DNA of 37,833 nucleotides from an uncultured Dehalococcoidia bacterium (GTDB lineage: Bacteria; Chloroflexota; Dehalococcoidia; Lucifugimonadales; Australimonadaceae), in NCBI GenBank assembly GCA_964596665.1, contig CAZQVD010000003.1, forward strand, positions 2,162 through 39,994, read 5' to 3'. Positions 26,334-35,523 of the stretch are shown in pieces. Both the position numbers and the translations under genes were made by a program. The notes below the pieces were generated by a model that saw only the letters and a program-made list of their open reading frames with translations, was not told the DNA's origin and ran no database searches. Positions within the stretch are counted from its first letter, which is position 1. Every line of letters begins with the position of its first letter.

Positions 26334-27980
26334 TTATTCGATGGAAACCAAGTAGTGGTAGTGAGGCTGCCCACCATCGACCACTTCCACCTCGACGCCG
26401 GCGTGGTGCCTGACGATCATGGCTGCGCTCGCCTGGGCCTGCCAGTCCTCGACGTTCGCCCCACGATACAGGGTGATGAGCGTGTCGGCCTCGGGCCCGG
26501 CACGTGCCACGAGCGCGACGAGCGCTTCGTCCTCGGTCGATTTGGCGGCGACGACCACGCCGTCGAGCAGCGCGATGGCCTGCCCCTCCACGACGTCGAC
26601 GTCGTGGAGGGGCGTCGTTCTCACGGCGGTGGTGACCTCACCGGAGCGTACACCGCCGATGGCCTGTTTCATGGCTTCGATGTTCTCGTCGGGGCCCAGC
26701 TCCGGGTTGAATGCCAGCAGCCCCGCGATGCCCTGTGGGATACTTCGCGAGGGGACCACGCTGATCGTGCCTTCGCTGAGCTCCGCCGCCTGGTTCGCGG
26801 CCATGATGATGTTGGGGTTGTTGGGCAGCAGCACTACGTGATCCGCGTTCGCGGTCCGGGCTGCCTCGAGCAGTTCGGCGGCGCTGGGGTTCATCGTCTG
26901 TCCGCCACGGACGACGGCCGAGGCACCCAGATCCGAGAACACGCTCTCGATGCCCTTTCCCGTCGCGACGGCCACGATGGCAAATCCTTGATGCTTCGCC
27001 TTGTAACCGTGGTCAACCATGAACTGCTCGTGCTGCTGGTCCATGTTCTGGATGTTGATTTGGTCGAGCACGCCGTACGCGGTGCCGAGGCTCAGGACCG
27101 GACCGGGATCTTCTGCATGGGCGTGCACGCGCACGGTGCGGTCGTCGCCCACGACCACGGTCGAGCCTGCGATGGCCATCACCCGCTCACGTACCGTACC
27201 CACATCGATCCCGTCGCCCTGGATGATGAACTGGGTGCAATACCCGTACATCTCTTCTTCCGTGTGCTCGAGGAAGTCGTGGCTCACTGACGAGAGCGAG
27301 CTCGACGCTGGGGCAGCGATCTCCAGGTGGACGTCCTTGCCATCCAGGTGGCCGAGCGCACCAGCGAGGAAGGCGACGACGCCTTGGCCGCCAGCGTCGA
27401 CGACGCCCGCTTCCTTGAGGATAGGGAGCTGCTCGGGAGTGTGCTCCAGGGCCCATTGTGCGGCCTCCAACGCGATGTGGAGAATCTCTGCGGGAGTGAC
27501 CGTCGCGGCCTCGGTGGCCTCGGTGGCCTCGGCGGCCTCGGCAGCCGCTCGCATGACGCTCAGCATCGTGCCTTCGACCGGCTTGCCGACGGCCTGGTAG
27601 CTCCCTGCCGACCCGGCGCCAAGCGCTGCGCCGAGGTCGGCTCCGCCGCAGTCTTCGCAGTCGGCAAGGCCGAGGGAGAGCCCCTTCATGAATTGGGAGA
27701 AGATGACGCCGCTGTTGCCGCGTGCGCCGAGCAGCGCACCCCGCGCCAGACCGTGGCTCACCTGAGCGACGGTGCCACTCCCGGCAGGTGGCAGCTCGGG
27801 GCTGTCGTTGGCGGAGCGCAGCGTGAGCAGCATGTTGATGCCTGTGTCGCCGTCGGGAACGGGAAACACATTCATGGCGTTGATGGCGTCGGCGTTCTGC
27901 TCCAGGCAGCGGGTGCCGGCTGCGACCATTGCTCGGAAGTCGTCTCCGGTCAATCTGGTGGGTGAGTCCCCGTTGCTCAT
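26334..27980 (-). CDS. DAK2-domain fusion protein (YloV family)
   Basis: LEQNADAINAMNVFPVPDGDTGINMLLTL is the DhaL/DAK2 motif, followed by the YloV C-terminal domain. ATG 27980 has GAGG ~9 nt upstream. The ORF-track extension to 28316 runs antisense through rpmB. Confidence 0.85.
   Translation of the reverse strand: MSNGDSPTRLTGDDFRAMVAAGTRCLEQNADAINAMNVFPVPDGDTGINMLLTLRSANDSPELPPAGSGTVAQVSHGLARGALLGARGNSGVIFSQFMKGLSLGLADCEDCGGADLGAALGAGSAGSYQAVGKPVEGTMLSVMRAAAEAAEATEATEAATVTPAEILHIALEAAQWALEHTPEQLPILKEAGVVDAGGQGVVAFLAGALGHLDGKDVHLEIAAPASSSLSSVSHDFLEHTEEEMYGYCTQFIIQGDGIDVGTVRERVMAIAGSTVVVGDDRTVRVHAHAEDPGPVLSLGTAYGVLDQINIQNMDQQHEQFMVDHGYKAKHQGFAIVAVATGKGIESVFSDLGASAVVRGGQTMNPSAAELLEAARTANADHVVLLPNNPNIIMAANQAAELSEGTISVVPSRSIPQGIAGLLAFNPELGPDENIEAMKQAIGGVRSGEVTTAVRTTPLHDVDVVEGQAIALLDGVVVAAKSTEDEALVALVARAGPEADTLITLYRGANVEDWQAQASAAMIVRHHAGVEVEVVDGGQPHYHYLVSIE
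27505..27540 (-). repeat. four tandem 9-bp units inside the DAK2 gene
   Basis: On the plus strand: gcggcctcg gtggcctcg gtggcctcg gcggcctcg. It encodes the in-frame AEAAEATEATEAA linker between the two domains. Confidence 0.8.
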
Positions 27981-28036
27981 CGCTGGCAGCCTCGCAACGG
28001 CCATGTTAAACTGTCGTCGACCGGTGCCACGGGCGC

Positions 28037-28065
28037 ATTCTAGAGGCCGGTCAAACTCTGGGCAA
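28037..28065 (-). promoter_or_regulatory. promoter candidate for the yloV-degV operon
   Basis: The minus strand reads TTGCCC (28065-28060), a 17-nt spacer, then TAGAAT (28042-28037). It lies in the divergent gap shared with rpmB. Confidence 0.45.
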
Positions 28066-28100
28066 CACGATCTACTCATTGCGGTATTAGGGAATCTCGC

Positions 28101-28292
28101 ATGGCGATGTGCTCTGTTTGCGGCAAGCGGCGAAGGGCTGGCAAGAATGTTAGCCACTCGAACCGTCACACCAACCGCTGGTTCTTCCCCAACGTGCAGA
28201 AAGCGGTGATCACGGTGAAGGGCAAGCGGCAGCGGGTTGCCCTCTGTACGCGATGCCTGCGCACCGCGCATAACAAGAAGCTGCTGCTCTGA
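28101..28292 (+). CDS. rpmB: 50S ribosomal protein L28
   Basis: CSVCGKRRRAGKNVSHSNRHTNRWFFPNVQK...ALCTRCLR is canonical L28. 63 aa. Confidence 0.93.
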   Translation: MAMCSVCGKRRRAGKNVSHSNRHTNRWFFPNVQKAVITVKGKRQRVALCTRCLRTAHNKKLLL

Positions 28293-28314
28293 GCAGCTGA
28301 GCTCCGACGATAGC

Positions 28315-28343
28315 AAAGGGCCGCTCCAGCAGCGGCCCTTTTT
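28315..28343. terminator. bidirectional intrinsic terminator between rpmB and the FKBP gene
   Basis: An 11-bp stem: aaagggccgct (28315-28325) pairs with agcggcccttt (28331-28341), with a 5-nt loop. The T-run ctttttc follows on the plus strand. The A-run on the other side gives a weaker tail for the minus strand. Confidence 0.7.
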
Positions 28344-28361
28344 CGTGGTGAAGCGCGCGCC

Positions 28362-28766
28362 TTAGCCGACCGTGACGAGCTGGATCTCGAACGTGAGCGC
28401 CTGACCTGCGAGCGCATGGTTGGCGTCGACCGTGACGATGCGCTTGCCGACCTTGGTGACCACCGCGGGCGCGCCGTTCATGAGCTCAACGCGGTCACCC
28501 AGGACGAGCCCCTCCGGTGCCGTGTTGATGGGCACCTCGAAGATGAGCTGCTCGTCCTTCTCGCCGTACGCTTCAGCGGCCTCCATGCGGACCGTCACGG
28601 TCTGACCGACCACCAGCCCGCGTGCGGCGGTGTCGAACCCGGCTATCACCTGGCCACCGCCGATGACGAACGTCAGCGGGTCTCGGCCTTCCGACGAGTC
28701 GAACTGAGTGCCGTCGTCCAATGTCCCTTTGTAGTGGACCGATACCCGGTCTCCGTCGCTTGGCAT
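28362..28766 (-). CDS. FKBP-type peptidyl-prolyl isomerase, SlyD-like, cytoplasmic
   Basis: VSVHYKGTLDDGTQFDSS...DPLTFVIGGGQVIAGFD...VDANHALAGQALTFEIQLV is an FKBP core with an insert-in-flap region. There is no signal peptide. Confidence 0.85.
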   Translation of the reverse strand: MPSDGDRVSVHYKGTLDDGTQFDSSEGRDPLTFVIGGGQVIAGFDTAARGLVVGQTVTVRMEAAEAYGEKDEQLIFEVPINTAPEGLVLGDRVELMNGAPAVVTKVGKRIVTVDANHALAGQALTFEIQLVTVG

Positions 28767-28774
28767 AGGCCCTC

Positions 28775-29287
28775 CTACTCGATGGACACGATCTCGATAT
28801 CAAAGTTGAGCGCCTGCCCAGCGAGTGGGTGGTTCGCATCGAACGTGACCGTGGAGTCGTTCATCTCCACGACGATGGCGCTCACCCCCGGCGCCAGCTC
28901 CACGCGGTCACCCAATACCATCTGCCCAGGAAGCTGGTCGGCGGGCATCTCGATGAATGCGTCGTCACGCTTGAGACCGTACCCGTCTTCAGGCGGGATG
29001 CGGACGGTGACCGATGCTCCCAAGGCCATGCCGCGCACGGCGTTCTCGAACCCTGCGATCAGCTGCCCGGCTCCCAAGGTGAAGGTGAGCGGGTCTCGCT
29101 CGCGGGAGGAGTCGAACTGTGTCCCGTCGTCGAGTGTTCCAGTGTAGTGGATGGAGATCGTTTCGCCGTCATCGGCGAGACCGTTGTTGGCACCCGGTGG
29201 GCCTTCGGGGGTTGGCGTGGCCGTTGGCTCGTCTGATCTGCAGGCGGCCAACAGCAACGACATCAGCAGCAGCCCGGCCAGGACCAC
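28775..29287 (-). CDS. FKBP-type peptidyl-prolyl isomerase, predicted lipoprotein paralogue
   Basis: The same FKBP core (ISIHYTGTLDDGTQFDSS...FDANHPLAGQALNFDIEIV), preceded by VLAGLLLMSLLLAAC (lipobox LAAC) and a Pro/Thr linker. GTG start. Confidence 0.8.
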   Translation of the reverse strand: MVLAGLLLMSLLLAACRSDEPTATPTPEGPPGANNGLADDGETISIHYTGTLDDGTQFDSSRERDPLTFTLGAGQLIAGFENAVRGMALGASVTVRIPPEDGYGLKRDDAFIEMPADQLPGQMVLGDRVELAPGVSAIVVEMNDSTVTFDANHPLAGQALNFDIEIVSIE

Positions 29288-29325
29288 CCGAGGCGACGTT
29301 CGGGCGAGATGGGACGTTTGTTGCC

Positions 29326-30039
29326 CTATGACGACCCCGCGGTGGGATACAGGGTCGCGGCGGAGGATGCGGTGGACCGGGCGATGCCCGCCCGCAAGTC
29401 GGCGATGGCCTGAGAGATGGCGACCTGGCCACTGTACACGGCGGACCCGGCGACGATGACGTTGGCCCCAGCGTCGACGAGGCGCTGCACGTTATCGGCC
29501 TTGATGCCGCCGTCCACCTCGAGCTCCGTGGCTAGGCCCATGGCGTCGATCATGCCCCGCACCTCGGTGACCTTCGGCAGCGCGCTCTCGATCAGCGTCT
29601 GGCCTCCGAAGCCAGGATTGACGGTCATAACCAGCACAAGGTCGAGGTCCGGCAGGATTGCTTCGAGGGTCGAGGCGGACGTCCCGGGGTTGATGGCGAC
29701 GCCCGCGGAGGCGCCCAGGCGCTTGATCTGATGGATCACGCCGTGGAGGTGGGGCACGGCCTCCTGGTGGACTGTGATCTTGTCAGCGCCAGCCGCCACG
29801 AACTCGGGGATGAGGCGCTCCGGCTCCACGATCATGAGATGCACGTCCAGCGGCATGACCGTGTGCGGGCGGATCGCTTGCACCACGAGAGGGCCGATGG
29901 TGAGGTTGGGCACGAAGCGGCCGTCCATCACGTCTATGTGTAGGTAGTCGGCGTCCGTCAGCGCTGTCTCGCGTACCAGCTCGCCGAGCCTTGCGAAGTC
30001 GGCGGAGAGGATCGAGGGTGCAAGCTTCACGTCACCCAC
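29326..30039 (-). CDS. rpe: ribulose-phosphate 3-epimerase
   Basis: KLAPSILSADFARLGE...HIDVMDGRFVPNLT...MTVNPGFGGQ. The GTG start at 30039 overlaps argH by 8 nt. An alternative GTG at 30030 does not overlap. Confidence 0.9.
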   Translation of the reverse strand: MGDVKLAPSILSADFARLGELVRETALTDADYLHIDVMDGRFVPNLTIGPLVVQAIRPHTVMPLDVHLMIVEPERLIPEFVAAGADKITVHQEAVPHLHGVIHQIKRLGASAGVAINPGTSASTLEAILPDLDLVLVMTVNPGFGGQTLIESALPKVTEVRGMIDAMGLATELEVDGGIKADNVQRLVDAGANVIVAGSAVYSGQVAISQAIADLRAGIARSTASSAATLYPTAGSS

Positions 30040-31402
30040 TGCGGGCCTTGCTTAACCTAGTCCGCGCCTCTTGAAGCGCCGCGGCGACCCGGGCGGGGGC
30101 GGTGCCTCCAGTCACGTCGCGCGCGTCCGCGCTGGTCGTGGCGGTGACGTCAAAGACGTCATCGTCGAACGCGGGCGATTGCCGGCGGAACTCTTCGATC
30201 GAGAGGTCCATGAGTGCCGCGCCCCGCTCGGCGGCCACGTCCCACAGTGCGCTGACCGCGGCGTGGGCGTCCCGGAAGGGAACGCCCTTTGCCACGAGGT
30301 AGTCGGCGATGTCGGTGGCCAGCAGCGCGCTATCCTCGGCGGCGGAGCGCATGCGGCCCTCGTCCACCTCGAGGTTGGCAAGCATGCCCGCCATGGCCTC
30401 CAGCGTCGCGTACAGCGTGTCGACGGCGTCGAACAGCCCCTCCTTGTCCTCTTGCAGGTCGCGGTTGTAGGTGAGGGGCAGGCCCTTGAGCATGGTGAGC
30501 AGGCCGACCAAGCTGCCGTAGACCCTGCCGGTCTTGCCGCGGGCGATCTCAGCGAAATCGGGATTACGTTTCTGCGGCATGATGCTCGATCCGGTGACCC
30601 AGGCGTGGCCGAGCCGCACGAAGCCGAACTCCTGCGTTGCCCACAGCACCAGTTCCTCGGACAGACGCGAGGAGTGCATCATGCACGTCGCCGCTGCGGC
30701 GAGGAACTCCACCATGTAGTCGCGGTCGGCTACGGCGTCCATAGAGTTGGCGCTGACGGAGTCGAAACCGAGCTCCCGAGCGACCGACTCCCGGTCAATG
30801 GGATACGGTACGCCGGCCAGCGCCCCACTGCCGAGCGGCAGCACATTGGTCCGCCCGAGGCAATCTGCAAGCCGCGCGTCGTCGCGCTCGTACATCTCCA
30901 CGTAGGCCAGCAAGTGGTGCGCGAAGAGGACCGGCTGCGCACGCTGCAGATGCGTGTAGCCGGGCATGATTGCGTCGGCGTGGTGCTCGGCCAGCGTCAG
31001 GAGCGCGTCCTGCAGATCACGCAGACGGGTGGTGGCGCCGCCGATGGCCTCGCGCACGTACAGACGCGTAGCGGTGGCCACCTGGTCGTTCCGCGAGCGG
31101 GCGGTGTGCAGGCGCGCGGCGGGCTCGCCGATGAGCTCGTGGAGGCGTACTTCGATGTTCATGTGGAGGTCTTCGAGGTCGTCGCGCCAGGGGAACACCC
31201 CTGCCTCGATCTCGCGCCGCACGGCTTCCAGGCCACCGACGATGGCCCCTGCGTCCTCCTGGGAGACGATGCCCTGGCGGGCTAACATGCGGGCGTGCGC
31301 GACCGACCCGTCGATATCGTGGGCGTAGAGGCGGCGGTCGTAGTGCACCGAGACGGTGTAGCGGGACGCCGACTGGAAGTGGTGAGTCGTGTACTCAGTC
31401 AT
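30032..31402 (-). CDS. argH: argininosuccinate lyase
   Basis: DRRLYAHDIDGSVAHARMLARQGI... and the fumarate-lyase signature GSSIMPQKRNPD. ATG 31402 has GGAG 6 nt upstream. ATG 31414 is the alternative start. Confidence 0.92.
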   Translation of the reverse strand: MTEYTTHHFQSASRYTVSVHYDRRLYAHDIDGSVAHARMLARQGIVSQEDAGAIVGGLEAVRREIEAGVFPWRDDLEDLHMNIEVRLHELIGEPAARLHTARSRNDQVATATRLYVREAIGGATTRLRDLQDALLTLAEHHADAIMPGYTHLQRAQPVLFAHHLLAYVEMYERDDARLADCLGRTNVLPLGSGALAGVPYPIDRESVARELGFDSVSANSMDAVADRDYMVEFLAAAATCMMHSSRLSEELVLWATQEFGFVRLGHAWVTGSSIMPQKRNPDFAEIARGKTGRVYGSLVGLLTMLKGLPLTYNRDLQEDKEGLFDAVDTLYATLEAMAGMLANLEVDEGRMRSAAEDSALLATDIADYLVAKGVPFRDAHAAVSALWDVAAERGAALMDLSIEEFRRQSPAFDDDVFDVTATTSADARDVTGGTAPARVAAALQEARTRLSKARSG

Positions 31403-31646
31403 GGCTCGCTCCATTGTATCAGCGTGCGAACGGGCGTCTTACCAGCGGGCGGCGTCGGCTCTGGCACTATACGGCTACGGCCTGGCGTAACCTGATACGG
31501 GTCAGGAGCCAGGTAAGGCCCAAGAAGATGGCCGAGTACGTGATGTGGGCCGTGAGGCAAAGGGATGAAGCCATCCGAAGGCTAGAAGCAGAGCGAGCAG
31601 CGCGGCTTCTAGCCGATATCGTGCGAGTACGGTCATGGTTCGCGCG

Positions 31647-32546
31647 CTAGGCCCTTGGTTCCTGTGCTGCCTGCACCACAACCCCGGCTGCCTGCTCGAC
31701 GACCGTGATCGCATATCCCGGGTCCCGCTGGCCGATGCCGGCAGCCAGGGCACTCTGCCAGAAGGCGTTCCCCGCCATCGTCACGGGCATGGGCACGCCA
31801 TACTCACTGGCCAGCTTCCCTGCATATAGCAGGTCGCCTGCGAGCAGGTACACCGCACCCTGCGTCGAGAACTCGCGGGTGAGCGCCATTGGTATGTTGC
31901 GCTCCCACGCTCGGCTGGCGCCGCTCGCGGTGCCGATGACCTCGAACATCGCCTTCGGGTCGATGCCGGCTTTGGTGCCAAGCACGATGCCCTCGTAGCT
32001 TACGGCCAGCGTCGTCGACATGATCAGGTTGTTGATGATCTTGGTGAGCATGCCGGAGCCGGCTGGACCCATCAACCGAACTGTTCGTCCCATGGCCTCA
32101 AGCGCCGGCAGGACAGTGGCGAAGGCGTCAACGTCGCCACCGGCCATGATGGTGAGCTCTCCCCGCTCGGCCACCGGCCCGCTCCCAGACACCGGCGCGT
32201 CGATGAACCGGGCGCCCTTGGCCGCCGCACGCTGGGCGAAGCTGCGCGCGACCTCCGGGTCGGTGGTGCTGTGGTCGACGATGATAAGGCCGGGCCGGGC
32301 TCCCGCCAGCACGCCGTCCGAGGCGTTCACCACCTCGTCCACGGCGACGCCGGGCAGGCATAGGTGCACCACGTCCAGCGTGCTGGCCATCTCCGCCATC
32401 GAAGCACCGGCGACGGCGCCCATGTCGGTGAACTCGCGCAGCTTCGCCTGCGTGCGGTTCTGCACTGTGACGTCGAATCCCTTGCGGATCAGGTTCGTGA
32501 TCATCGGGCGCCCCATGCGGCCCAGTCCAATCCATCCAAAACGCAT
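31647..32546 (-). CDS. NAD(P)-dependent 3-hydroxyisobutyrate dehydrogenase-family oxidoreductase
   Basis: MRFGWIGLGRMGRPMITNL (Rossmann GxGxxG), then DAPVSGS and the HIBADH C-domain. ATG 32546 has GAGGA 7 nt upstream. Confidence 0.85.
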   Translation of the reverse strand: MRFGWIGLGRMGRPMITNLIRKGFDVTVQNRTQAKLREFTDMGAVAGASMAEMASTLDVVHLCLPGVAVDEVVNASDGVLAGARPGLIIVDHSTTDPEVARSFAQRAAAKGARFIDAPVSGSGPVAERGELTIMAGGDVDAFATVLPALEAMGRTVRLMGPAGSGMLTKIINNLIMSTTLAVSYEGIVLGTKAGIDPKAMFEVIGTASGASRAWERNIPMALTREFSTQGAVYLLAGDLLYAGKLASEYGVPMPVTMAGNAFWQSALAAGIGQRDPGYAITVVEQAAGVVVQAAQEPRA

Positions 32547-32653
32547 GTTTTCATCCTCGTGACGTAGATCGAGCGAGGCACACCTTAGCGCATCGGGGCC
32601 GTGGCACACGGGTGCTCTGGACACGAAGCCGGCGGCAGCGTAGATTCGCGTCC

Positions 32654-33454
32654 ATGGATAGTTTTGACCTTACGGGCCGCTCGGCTCTCGTGACAGGCGG
32701 AAGCCAGGGGATCGGTAGAGAGATAGCGCTGGCGCTGGCCGGCGCAGGCGCGGACGTGGCCATCGTGGCGAGGCTCCCCGAGGCGGTGAGCTTGGGCACG
32801 GAGCGGATCCATCGGCCGGTCGACTCGGTCGTGCTGGAGATCGAGGCGCTGGGGCGTCGGAGCGTTGGCATCATCGCGGACGTGCGCGACCCGGAACAGG
32901 TGCGGCGCATGGCTCTCGAGGCCGAAGAGGCCTTCGGCGGCGTGGACATCCTGGTGAACAACGCCGGCGCCACCTGGGGAGAGACGTTCCGCATGGGACC
33001 TCTTCTGGAGATGACGGCAGACGACTTCGAAGAATGCCTGCGCCTCAACCTGAAGAGCGTATTTCTGTGCTCCAGCGCCGTGGTGCCGGGCATGCTGGAG
33101 CGTGGCCGCGGTGCGATTGTGAACCTCGCTTCGCAGTCTGGCCAGGCGGCGAGCCCGAACAATGGGCTGTACGGCGCCGCCAAGGCCGGCGTCATCAACC
33201 TGACGCAGACGATGAGCATCGAGTGGGCGCCCGCGATCCGCGTCAACGCCATCGCGCCGGGCACGGTACAGCACGCCGACCGAGCCGCCGTTCACCCCTA
33301 CGCCCGCGGACGCGCTCCGGTGGCCGACAGGGTAGCGATGGGGCGCGCAGGCACCGCTCAGGAGATGGCGGGCGCTGTCGTGTACTTGGCCTCCGACGCC
33401 GCGGCCTACACGACGGGCACGGTGATTGATATCAATGGCGGCCGGCGCCTATGA
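32654..33454 (+). CDS. SDR-family oxidoreductase (FabG-like)
   Basis: ALVTGGSQGIGREIA (TGxxxGIG), NNAG, and YGAAKAG (YxxxK). It is divergent from the HIBADH-like gene. Confidence 0.85.
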   Translation: MDSFDLTGRSALVTGGSQGIGREIALALAGAGADVAIVARLPEAVSLGTERIHRPVDSVVLEIEALGRRSVGIIADVRDPEQVRRMALEAEEAFGGVDILVNNAGATWGETFRMGPLLEMTADDFEECLRLNLKSVFLCSSAVVPGMLERGRGAIVNLASQSGQAASPNNGLYGAAKAGVINLTQTMSIEWAPAIRVNAIAPGTVQHADRAAVHPYARGRAPVADRVAMGRAGTAQEMAGAVVYLASDAAAYTTGTVIDINGGRRL

Positions 33455-33484
33455 GGTGCGGCCGCGCCCTGTGAGGAGGCAGCC

Positions 33485-34576
33485 ATGGCAACTGAGCAGC
33501 GATTGCAGGTGATTGACGCTGACGCGCACGTCGTGGAGTCGGAGCGCACCTGGGACTACCTCGACCCGGGGGAGGAGCGCTATCGGCCGACGCTGTACAC
33601 AACGCCCAACGAGCCTGGACGCGCGGTCTGGGGTGCTGGGGGGCAGTTCCGCAGCATGAACTTCAACGATACCCGCGAGCAGCTCGCCGAGCTATCGAAG
33701 AAGTCGGGATTCGATCTGGATCTGTCGCCAGAGGGCCGGCACATGCACGACGTTCAAGCACGGCTCGCGGACATGGACCGGCTGGGTATCGACGTGCAGG
33801 TGCTCTACAACTCCTTCTGGCTGACCGCGGTGACGGACGACCCCGCGGCCGAGCGGGCGCTGTGCCGCAGCTGGAATCGCTGGATGGCCGACGCGTGTGG
33901 TCAGTCTCCCGATCGGCTGCGCTGGACGTGCGTGGTGCCGGTAATGAGCATGGACGAGAGCCTGGAGCAGATTCGATACGCCAAGGGGCACGGGGCGGTT
34001 GGCGTGATGATGCGCCCCATCGAGGGGGACCGTCTCCTCGTTGACCCCTACTTCTACCCGCTGTACGAAGAGGCCGAGCGGCTGAACATGGCGATCTGCG
34101 TCCATGTGTCCAACGCCAGCCCGGCGGTGGTGGCCGGCATGCGGTCGCGCTACGACCGCGCGGCAAGCTTCTACAGCCTGCGAGTCCCCACTGTGGGCTC
34201 GTGCCTCGTGCATATCATGAGCGAGGTCCCCGAGCGTTTCCCGACGTTGCGCTGGGGCTTCATCGAGGTCTCCGCGCAGTGGGTGCCGTGGATCGTGAAA
34301 GAAGCGAAGCGGCGCGCCCGTAAGCTCAGCCGTGACATGTCAGACAACGTGTTGCAGGCCGCCAACGTGTACGTATCATGCGAGGTGGACGACGACTTGC
34401 CGTTCATCCTCAACTACTCGGGTGAGCAGAATCTCGTGATCGGAACGGACTACGGGCACACGGACATTTCGAGCGAAAACGACGCAATCACCACGTTCCG
34501 AGCCCGAGAAGACGTGAGCCCCGAGGTGAAGGTCAAGATTCTGCAGGACAATCCTAGAGCTCTGTACGGGCTTTAG
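33485..34576 (+). CDS. amidohydrolase-2 (ACMSD/LigW-type metal-dependent hydrolase/decarboxylase) family protein
   Basis: An N-terminal VIDADAHV metal-binding motif and a TIM-barrel-length protein (363 aa) with GTDYGH near the C-terminus. The substrate cannot be determined. Confidence 0.75.
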   Translation: MATEQRLQVIDADAHVVESERTWDYLDPGEERYRPTLYTTPNEPGRAVWGAGGQFRSMNFNDTREQLAELSKKSGFDLDLSPEGRHMHDVQARLADMDRLGIDVQVLYNSFWLTAVTDDPAAERALCRSWNRWMADACGQSPDRLRWTCVVPVMSMDESLEQIRYAKGHGAVGVMMRPIEGDRLLVDPYFYPLYEEAERLNMAICVHVSNASPAVVAGMRSRYDRAASFYSLRVPTVGSCLVHIMSEVPERFPTLRWGFIEVSAQWVPWIVKEAKRRARKLSRDMSDNVLQAANVYVSCEVDDDLPFILNYSGEQNLVIGTDYGHTDISSENDAITTFRAREDVSPEVKVKILQDNPRALYGL

Positions 34577-34629
34577 GATTTGTTGTTTGACTGTGCGCCT
34601 GCCATCTCTAAGCGAGCGAGTGACCCTGG

Positions 34630-35523
34630 CTAGATCGTGAGCACGACGGCGCCCACGACGGCGAGCACCACGCCCGCCACCACCTGCGGGCTGAACGCTT
34701 CGAGGTGGCGGTTGAACAGGTACGCGAACCCGAGTCCGAAGAAGCCCAGCGTTTCGATCAACGCCGAGACCACGGACACGGGGGCGCGCTCGAACGCGGC
34801 GAAACGCAGTATCTGCACCATCACCATCATCGCCGTAACCGCGAGGAACACGTAGAGCGACCGCATGCCGAGCGCGCCGATGCTCCGGAACCGACCAGGC
34901 CACGCGAGCGTTGCCAGCATCACCGTTGCCGCCGCGGCATGCGCGACCGCTGCTCCGAGGATACTCAAGCTGGTGCCCACGAGCACGTACCCTATTAAGA
35001 AATTGGCGAACGCGTATGAGACCGATGCCAGCGTGGCGAAGCTGAAGCCCTCCGTCAGCTTCAGCACGGTGCCGCCCTTCAGCTCCGCGCGCATCTGGGT
35101 GGGCTGGGAGAACGCGATCAACGGCGCCGCGATCAAGAGCGCGATGCCGATCCCCCGCAACGCCGTCAGTTCTTCGTCGAGCAGCGCGAAGCCGAGCACC
35201 GCGGAAAGCAGGATGGCCAGCGTGCGCAGCGGTGCGGTCAGGTTCGCGCCTATCGCATGGATTGCCCTGAAATTCGAGTAGCGTCCGCCGATGAAATTTA
35301 GCAATCCGGCCAGTGCGAGGAGAGCGTAGTCGGTGGTGCTCAGCGCCCCGGCGCGGTCGCTCTGCCCACTCACGAACGCGAGGATCACGAAGATTGGCGT
35401 CGCGGCCACGAGGCTGAAGACGATGAGGTGATACGCAGGCGCGTATCGTGCTCCCCGCCGCACGATGGCGGTGTTCAGGCCGAGCAGTGCCGCGGCGCCC
35501 AGCGCGAGGAGAGCGCCGATCAC
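34630..35523 (-). CDS. EamA/DMT-family transporter
   Basis: 297 aa, almost entirely hydrophobic, with ~10 predicted TM segments and a two-fold EamA-repeat layout. The GTG start overlaps the upstream stop as GTGA. Confidence 0.8.
   Translation of the reverse strand: MIGALLALGAAALLGLNTAIVRRGARYAPAYHLIVFSLVAATPIFVILAFVSGQSDRAGALSTTDYALLALAGLLNFIGGRYSNFRAIHAIGANLTAPLRTLAILLSAVLGFALLDEELTALRGIGIALLIAAPLIAFSQPTQMRAELKGGTVLKLTEGFSFATLASVSYAFANFLIGYVLVGTSLSILGAAVAHAAAATVMLATLAWPGRFRSIGALGMRSLYVFLAVTAMMVMVQILRFAAFERAPVSVVSALIETLGFFGLGFAYLFNRHLEAFSPQVVAGVVLAVVGAVVLTI

Noticed and set aside
27981-28316. The N-terminal extension of the DAK2/YloV ORF to 28316.
   Set aside because: It runs antisense through rpmB (L28), which is unmistakable. 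The DAK2 homology starts at MSNGDSP (ATG 27980), which has an SD.
31414-31650. Mini-ORFs in the argH upstream gap: a plus-strand 78-aa ORF (or a 40-aa MAEYVMWAV... version), and a minus-strand 44-aa ORF, MTVLARYRLEAALLALLLAFGW..., at 31502-31636.
   Set aside because: By eye, third-position GC is only ~50-60%, far below neighbouring genes. There is no convincing SD and I recognise no family. The plus-strand ORF would overlap the convergent dehydrogenase stop.
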